Part shown: positions 31,731 to 32,944 of the stretch, one piece after another
How positions within the stretch are numbered: position 1 is the first letter of the stretch
Layout: the number at the start of each line of letters is the position of its first letter
Assembly: GCF_001194135.2 (NCBI RefSeq)
Contig: NC_068989.1
Location: 60,385,164-60,418,107 of the forward strand
Length of the DNA: 32,944 bases
Source of the DNA: Octopus bimaculoides
Lineage: Eukaryota
Direction: 5' to 3'
Notes under the pieces: model-generated
What the model saw: only the letters and a program-made list of their open reading frames with translations
Database searches by the model: none
What the model was told of the DNA's origin: nothing
Program-made: the position numbers and the translations under genes

Positions 31731-32944
31731 GCCAACGATTCTAGTCAACGCACAAGACAGCCGTTATCTTCCCACACACAAAACGCTTCCACGTGGAATC
31801 TACTGAAACTAGTAAGAAATAATTATGAACGTTTCTTTTATTACATTTTTAAAAATATATATTTTTGATAAGGTTAGCTTTTTTCAAGAAGAATCGAAAC
31901 ATGTATTTCTGAGAAAATTAAAATTTATCTTATATAGTGGCGTTTTCAAACTTCTTTCATATATATATATATATATATATATGAATGTGTTTCAATGTGG
32001 ATGTTCACTACAACAATTGAGAAACAAGAGACAAGATAGTGCTTTCTCATTTATTCAGGATGTTGTGGTAAATTCACTGTTTGTTAATTCAGGCGCCAAA
32101 CATTTTCAATAACACCATCAACGTTTTGTATTGTAAGTTTCACCATTTTCAATGCTATTGAAAATCATTTGGTGTTTATAAACGGACCCTTTTGAAAGCT
32201 CATCTTTCTGTAGTTCTGTTTAAATATATCATTATCAAAACTATAAAAACTGTGATGTATAGAACAAACCCTCAGTAATATCATGAAAAGAGACAAAAAT
32301 ATATCGTATTAAACTAGCGCTATTAATAGTCCAAATACTCAGCTTTAAAGAAACAAAAGTTTAAATAATTGGAGCAAATTGTTTGGTAGAAAATACTATA
32401 TTGTAATTTAATATGGGTTTGATCTTGTCTCTCCTCTATGTTACTCGACCATCTTATTTTATTATATTTATTTTTGCTCTAACTCATTAAAACGCAATTA
32501 GCTGGAAATAACATTTATATGGTTTTCATACACACACATATGTAATAATAACAACCACGACACCATTATAGACACCACGTACTGCAGCGGAATGCAGTCA
32601 CAAAGAATTTTATTTTGAAATCCACAAACGCTTTCTAGTTGATGTCAAAACTCATTTGAAATAAACAAGTAAAAAATAAATACAACACTTTTCGAAATTT
32701 TTCTATTCGTTTGCGTAATTTTTACAACTTAATTAAATAAATTTATTTTACAATGTTTAATCCAATTATTGATTATTTTTTTTATATTACTCTACAATAT
32801 AAATTATTTACACACATGTATACATACATACATTATATATATATATGCATACATATATGTATGCATATATATGTTATACATACATGAAGCATACTATCAT
32901 CTATACATATGTGAATGTATATATATATATATATATATATATAT

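Noticed and set aside
1-32944. CRISPR arrays, rRNA or bona fide tRNA genes, prokaryotic operons
   Set aside because: None seen. The tRNA-like sequences are SINE heads or PBS motifs, and the DNA is eukaryotic repeat-rich sequence.

Overview
AT-rich, microsatellite-dense eukaryotic genomic DNA with six assembly gaps. The SINE families and overall repeat landscape look like those of octopus or another coleoid cephalopod; this is inferred from recalled repeat consensus sequences, not from a search. No intact host gene is evident, and most ORFs in the supplied track are microsatellite, gap or antisense artefacts. The window is mostly decayed transposable elements: (1) several tRNA-derived SINEs of two families; (2) a 5'-truncated R4/Dong-type non-LTR retrotransposon flanked by (TAA)n, apparently sitting in a SINE tail; (3) a Penelope-like (PLE) fragment and two hammerhead-ribozyme-like motifs, one with a non-canonical CUGUUGA core; (4) a CsRn1-clade Gypsy element (tRNA-Trp PBS, CHCC Gag motif, G-GGA-AAC -1 frameshift site), truncated after RT; (5) a decayed maT/DD37D-like Tc1/mariner transposase; (6) a Mag-type Gypsy whose LTR-PBS-gag is on + but whose RNaseH-integrase is inverted on -; (7) the 3' end of an RTE-type LINE with three tandem C2H2 zinc fingers. 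A speculative chain of phase-0 exons and micro-exons on + could encode the start of a secreted protein.
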